The notes under the pieces were generated by a model. The model was not told the DNA's origin. It did not search any database and saw only the letters and a list, made by a program, of their open reading frames with translations. Of a DNA stretch of 64,000 bases, positions 60,073 to 64,000 are shown piece after piece. Both the position numbers and the translations under genes were made by a program. The DNA is from Candidatus Saccharimonadota bacterium (lineage in GTDB: Bacteria; Patescibacteriota; Saccharimonadia; CAILAD01; BJGX01), in NCBI GenBank assembly GCA_046350735.1, contig JAXLZU010000001.1, positions 307,950 through 371,949 on the forward strand, given 5' to 3'. How positions within the stretch are numbered: the stretch's first letter is position 1; every line of letters begins with the position of its first letter.

Positions 60073-60525
60073 TTAGCTGCTACGGTCGGTAACGAGCTGT
60101 AGTGAGGCGGATCTAGCGGTAAGCCGGTCGTACAGGTGAGGAAGCTGCTTCTCGAAAAAGCTTCGCAACGCAGAGGCAGAAGATCCGCTAAGGCGCTGCC
60201 GCTTCAACTGGCTTGGCATGATGTTGCGATACCTAGCGACAGAATCGAAGATGGCTGAGATCTGCCCCTCGACAAACTTCTCGTCAGGAACGATGGCCAC
60301 CACGGTGTTGCTGAGCCGAATAACCGTGATGCCATTCCGGTCGAGATAGCCTTCGATGGTATCTCCAAACCCGCTCTTGGTCTTCTCGCACATCGGCATG
60401 CTAATCAGCATTACCGTGCGACGTCTTTTGGTATTACCTACTTTCTGTGTTGGGTAGAACATGGCATACTCAGCTACCAAGCAACTACCCTCTTCTGAAG
60501 ACGGGGGTTTTTGATCTTGTGTCAC
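60073..60525 (-). CDS. hypothetical protein (GC-rich gene)
   Basis: 150 aa; GTG start with AGAGGGAGAGAGA RBS; a central segment VMLISMPMCEK...GITVIRLSNTVVAIVPDEKFVEGQISAIFDSV has a Rossmann-like alternation. Confidence 0.4.
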   Translation of the reverse strand: MTQDQKPPSSEEGSCLVAEYAMFYPTQKVGNTKRRRTVMLISMPMCEKTKSGFGDTIEGYLDRNGITVIRLSNTVVAIVPDEKFVEGQISAIFDSVARYRNIMPSQLKRQRLSGSSASALRSFFEKQLPHLYDRLTARSASLQLVTDRSS

Positions 60526-60729
60526 TCTCTCTCCCTCTGTGATTGATGAGCGACTGCGGATAGGTACTTTTGCATCGTTGCGAGATTGCAGCGATAAATT
60601 TTATAGTAGCCCTAATAATATAATACTGTCAATATATTTTGTGAAGCATACTACAAAAGCTTGCGCTTTATTCTTAAGCTGTATTACAATGTGTTTAAGT
60701 TAAAAAATGCTATTAAAAAAGGAGATAAA

Positions 60730-61095
60730 ATGCCAGAAGATAAAAAACCAGCAACAACAAGTAATGATTCAAATGATACCCTGATGGGTGTATTGGCGTA
60801 TTTAGGAATTCTATGTCTTATACCTTTTCTTGCAGCAAAAGACTCTAAATTTGCTCAATACCACGCTAAGCAAGGTCTTACACTATTCATTTGCGAAGTT
60901 GGTGTAACTGTATTGTGGTGGGTAATTATGTTTATTAGCGCATTTGGCGGATTAGGCTTCTTAGGTCTACTTGGTCTATTAGTATGGCTTGTTCAGATTG
61001 GTTTCTTTGTACTATCTATACTCGGTATTGTTAATGTTGTTAACAAGAAGATGGTTCCACTACCAATTATTGGTGGTCTCAATATCATCAAGTAA
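60730..61095 (+). CDS. DUF4870-like small membrane protein
   Basis: ATG at 60730 with AAAGGAGA RBS; motif LAYLGILCLIPFLAAKDSKFAQYHAKQG typical of the DUF4870/YhaH-like family; 121 aa. Confidence 0.5.
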   Translation: MPEDKKPATTSNDSNDTLMGVLAYLGILCLIPFLAAKDSKFAQYHAKQGLTLFICEVGVTVLWWVIMFISAFGGLGFLGLLGLLVWLVQIGFFVLSILGIVNVVNKKMVPLPIIGGLNIIK

Positions 61096-61139
61096 TTGCC
61101 AATCTTTAAACAGGCTTGCCTGTATATAAAAAATCCCCC

Positions 61140-61628
61140 ATGCCAAAACGTAAACAAAATAGCAAAGCCTATAGCTGGAATAGTAAGAACTCCACGGGAG
61201 TAATGTCTGCTCTAGATAAGGTCTTTGGAGAAAAAGGTCCACTTCAGCTGCCCAATTCTGTAAAAGATTGGGTGGCGGAGTGGGTTTGGGTGTTTGCACT
61301 TATTGGTGTAGTTATTCGTGGATTTGGCCTGCTAACTCTACTTGGGCTTGGTGCAGTATTTTCTGGAGTAGCAGCATCTACTGGCACATTTAGCTTCTTC
61401 TCGACTATTGGGTTTGGGATAGTATTTTTGGCTGCCGAGGGAATTTTGCTCCTTATATCTATTCCGGGCTTAAAACACAAAAGGCTACTTGGGTGGGACT
61501 TTGCCTTTTATGCCGAAGTAGTGGCCATTGTAGGTAATTTACTTAATCTAAATATAATTGGGGCAATCATCTCGGCGATTATTGGGTTTTATTTCTTGTT
61601 TCAGATTAGATCTCGATTTAGAAAATGA
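61140..61628 (+). CDS. hypothetical membrane protein (4 TM)
   Basis: ATG 61140 chosen over TTG 61116; hydrophobic helices throughout. Confidence 0.4.
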   Translation: MPKRKQNSKAYSWNSKNSTGVMSALDKVFGEKGPLQLPNSVKDWVAEWVWVFALIGVVIRGFGLLTLLGLGAVFSGVAASTGTFSFFSTIGFGIVFLAAEGILLLISIPGLKHKRLLGWDFAFYAEVVAIVGNLLNLNIIGAIISAIIGFYFLFQIRSRFRK

Positions 61629-61876
61629 GCACAAAAAAACCAAAACGCTCCATTGCTCGAGACTTTGTCTTTTTGGTAAAAGCAGCTCTTTATCTTCTTT
61701 TGGGCACAATTTGGATTAGTTTTGGCGGCCATCGTTTGTTACCTGTGGGTCTAGTGCTGGGGTTTGGCTTCTCTCAGCTAGATTTTTTACGGATAGATAG
61801 AAAAATCGAATATGCATTATTGGTGGTTGGCGCACTTCTGGGTCTGTATGGCCTAGGCATTACAATTCAGCTATAG
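61625..61876 (+). CDS. small hypothetical membrane protein
   Basis: 83 aa; ATGA overlap with the upstream gene. Confidence 0.4.
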   Translation: MSTKKPKRSIARDFVFLVKAALYLLLGTIWISFGGHRLLPVGLVLGFGFSQLDFLRIDRKIEYALLVVGALLGLYGLGITIQL

Positions 61877-61884
61877 TTTTAGGG

Positions 61885-61914
61885 TTGACATTTCAGGTAA
61901 GTTTCTGATACACT
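61885..61914 (+). promoter_or_regulatory. candidate sigma70 promoter for the rplC-rplD-rplW-rplB operon (TTGACA-18 nt-TACACT) followed by a structured ~130-nt leader
   Basis: -35 TTGACA at 61885-61890, -10 at 61909-61914; the leader carries a CTGAACA...TGTTCAG stem (61976-62024) enclosing TCGGT-AAAA-ACCGA, followed by a T-rich run. Confidence 0.5.
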
Positions 61915-62045
61915 ACTAGGCGACTAAAGAAATCTTCTAGATAGTGAAGTTTTACTTCTCAAAAGTCACCCCAGCTGAACATAGGAAAGGTCGGTAAAAA
62001 CCGAAACCATCAAGTGTTCAGATATTATTTTTTAAATTTGTTTTT

Positions 62046-62657
62046 ATGAAAGCTTTAATCGCCCAAAAGATTGGTATGACTCAAGTGTTCTCGGAAAAGG
62101 GAACAGTTATTCCTGTTACATTACTTTTGGCAGGCCCATGTGTGGTGACTCAAGTTAAGACTGACGAGACTGATGGTTATAGTGCTGTTCAGCTTGGTTA
62201 TGGTGAAGCCAAAAAGTTGGCCAAACCACAGGTTGGCCATGTCAAAAAAAGTGGTGCTACCCCAAAGACTCTCAGCGAATTTAGAATTGAAGGTGAAGAC
62301 GATATGCCGAAAGTTGGTGATAGCATTACTGCCGAAGTTTTCTCTGTTGGTGACACTATAACCGTAAGTGGTGTTTCTAAAGGAAAAGGCTTTGCCGGAA
62401 CAATTAAGCGTCATAATTTTGCTCGTGGTCCAAAAACTCATGGTAGTCACAATTATCGGGCTCCAGGTTCGATAGGTGCTGGTTATCCACAGCATGTTTT
62501 TAAGGGTCAAAAAATGGCTGGTCATATGGGTAATGCACAGGTTACAACCAAGAATCTTACTGTGGCGCATGTAGATGCTAAAAACAACATTATTGGTATT
62601 AAAGGTGCCATTCCTGGACCTAAAAAATCAATTGTACGAATATGGGGGATCGCATAA
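62046..62657 (+). CDS. rplC: 50S ribosomal protein L3
   Basis: [25 protein letters not shown]...; 203 aa. Confidence 0.96.
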   Translation: MKALIAQKIGMTQVFSEKGTVIPVTLLLAGPCVVTQVKTDETDGYSAVQLGYGEAKKLAKPQVGHVKKSGATPKTLSEFRIEGEDDMPKVGDSITAEVFSVGDTITVSGVSKGKGFAGTIKRHNFARGPKTHGSHNYRAPGSIGAGYPQHVFKGQKMAGHMGNAQVTTKNLTVAHVDAKNNIIGIKGAIPGPKKSIVRIWGIA

Positions 62658-63313
62658 TGAAGGCTGCTACCTTTTCTAAGAATGGTACAAAAGCTGCCGA
62701 AACGGTATTACCAAAAGCAGTTTTTGAGGCAGAAGTAACCGAGGTTACCCTGCAACAAGCAGTAGTGCGTGCCAATGCTAATTTGCGTCACGCAAACGCC
62801 AAAACACTTACCCGTGCTGAAGTTCGGGGCGGTGGTCGTAAGCCATGGCGACAGAAAGGTACTGGTCGAGCTCGTTTTGGTTCGACACGCGTTCCTATCT
62901 GGCGAAGTGGTGGTGTTGCGCATGGCCCTCATGGAGAGCAAAACTACACCAAAGATATGCCCAAAAATATGGTTCACGCTAGTGTTCGTATGGCTCTTAC
63001 CACTCAAGCCAATACTGTTATTGTAGTCGAAAAGTTTGAAGTAAAAGAGCCAAAAACTCGCCTGGCAATAGATCTTATTGATAAGTTAAATGCCGAAGGT
63101 AATGTAATTATTATTTCATCAGCTCTAAGCGAGCCTACACTACTTGCACTTGCTAACGTGCCAGGTGTTATGGCAATTCGCCCAACCCAGTTACGGGCAT
63201 ACGATGTTATGATTGCCGATACTATTATTATCGAAAAGCCAGCTTTGAGCGACCTTGAAAAGCAGTATGGCAAAGCCACAAAACAACCGGCAGCTATGAA
63301 AGGTAGCAAATGA
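62657..63313 (+). CDS. rplD: 50S ribosomal protein L4
   Basis: ATG overlapping the rplC stop (TAATG); [10 protein letters not shown]...[17 protein letters not shown]. Confidence 0.93.
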   Translation: MKAATFSKNGTKAAETVLPKAVFEAEVTEVTLQQAVVRANANLRHANAKTLTRAEVRGGGRKPWRQKGTGRARFGSTRVPIWRSGGVAHGPHGEQNYTKDMPKNMVHASVRMALTTQANTVIVVEKFEVKEPKTRLAIDLIDKLNAEGNVIIISSALSEPTLLALANVPGVMAIRPTQLRAYDVMIADTIIIEKPALSDLEKQYGKATKQPAAMKGSK

Positions 63314-63597
63314 AAACAGTAGGTTTACGACCAATTATTAGCGAGAAGAGCATGAATATGGCCGCCACAGGTGTATATATGTTTGAAGCTAATAAAGCAG
63401 CCAATAAGATGGAAATTGCTAGCGAAGTAGCCAAGCTCTTTAAGGTAAATGTAGTCGCTGTACGTACTACCATCCTAAAAGGCAAAGTAAAGCGCTTTAA
63501 GGGAGTTACAGGTACACGCAAAGATACCAAACGTGCCTTTGTACAGCTTAAAGAAGGTCAAAAGATTACTATTTTTGACGCCGAGGAGAAGAAATAA
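63310..63597 (+). CDS. rplW: 50S ribosomal protein L23
   Basis: 95 aa; the L23 core is recognisable; ATGA overlaps with both neighbours. Confidence 0.92.
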   Translation: MKTVGLRPIISEKSMNMAATGVYMFEANKAANKMEIASEVAKLFKVNVVAVRTTILKGKVKRFKGVTGTRKDTKRAFVQLKEGQKITIFDAEEKK

Positions 63598-64000
63598 TGG
63601 CTACTCGAACCGTCAAACCAAATACTGGTGCTCGTCGCAACATGAGTTTTGCTGACTTCTCAAAACTTACTCGTAAAAAACCAGAAAAATCATTACTTAT
63701 TAGCAAGAAGCAAAAAGCTGGTCGTAACAACACAGGGAAGATAACAATACGTCATCGTGGCGGTGGTGCTAAAAAACATATACGAATAGTTGATTTTCGT
63801 CTCGATAGTGTTGAAGATGCAAAAATCTTGGCGTTCGAATACGACCCAAATCGTAGCGCTCGTCTGGCTCTCTTGCAACTAAGTGACAATAGTAAAGCGT
63901 ATATCTTGGCTACAACTGGTATGAAGATTGGTCAGACTATTAGTGCTGGTAAAGAAGTTGAAATCCGTTCTGGTAACCGACTCAAATTACGAGATATCCC
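63597..64000 (+). CDS. rplB: 50S ribosomal protein L2 (3' end truncated by window edge)
   Basis: Translation [23 protein letters not shown]...IRHRGGGAKKHIRIVDF matches the L2 N-terminus; this ORF is not in the supplied track because it runs off the window. Confidence 0.9.
   Translation, partial: MATRTVKPNTGARRNMSFADFSKLTRKKPEKSLLISKKQKAGRNNTGKITIRHRGGGAKKHIRIVDFRLDSVEDAKILAFEYDPNRSARLALLQLSDNSKAYILATTGMKIGQTISAGKEVEIRSGNRLKLRDI

Noticed and set aside
34088-60590. Shared 11-mer TGCAGCGATAA in the ncRNA (34092) and in the 60.57 kb intergenic region
   Set aside because: Hundreds of coincidental 11-mer pairs are expected in 64 kb. There is no extended similarity around it.
1-64000. CRISPR arrays, integrases, transposases or inverted-repeat-bounded IS elements
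   Set aside because: No regularly spaced direct repeats were seen. No ORF has recognisable integrase, DDE or HNH-transposase motifs. The insertions seen are therefore not attributable to an identifiable mobile element.

Overview
This window looks like a low-GC bacterial chromosome segment, roughly 40% G+C by eye, with tightly packed genes, frequent 4-nt start/stop overlaps and many ATGA couplings, read in genetic code 11.

Most of it is core information-processing and housekeeping genes. They are gatA (5'-truncated), gatB, dnaE, rplS, rnhB, yraN, nusA, clpC, radA, a YacL-like PIN/TRAM gene, a class-A PBP, tyrS, recG, purF, rsmD, murA, tRNA-Leu(UAG), greA, tig, clpP, rpoB, rpoC, rpsL, rpsG, fusA, tuf, rpsJ, rplC, rplD, rplW and rplB (3'-truncated).

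The gene order, the small proteins and the scrambled synteny (nusA without infB; tig-clpP-MFS upstream of rpoB instead of rplKAJL) suggest a reduced-genome lineage, possibly CPR/Patescibacteria-like. That assignment is tentative.

The normally contiguous str/S10 ribosomal-protein cluster is broken at three consecutive junctions, each carrying unrelated cargo: rpsG|fusA, fusA|tuf and rpsJ|rplC.

Several patches are visibly G+C-richer than their surroundings. These are 8.5-9.4 kb, 10.36-12.14 kb, 34.05-35.08 kb, 55.33-55.72 kb and 60.07-60.53 kb.

The most striking one, at ~34,050-35,267, is a ~1.2 kb non-coding transcript. It is framed by a near-consensus sigma70 promoter and a strong intrinsic terminator, has no credible ORF on either strand, and contains several long perfect helices and an embedded tRNA-like module. 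I read it as a large structured RNA of unknown class.

No CRISPR array, integrase or transposase was recognised.
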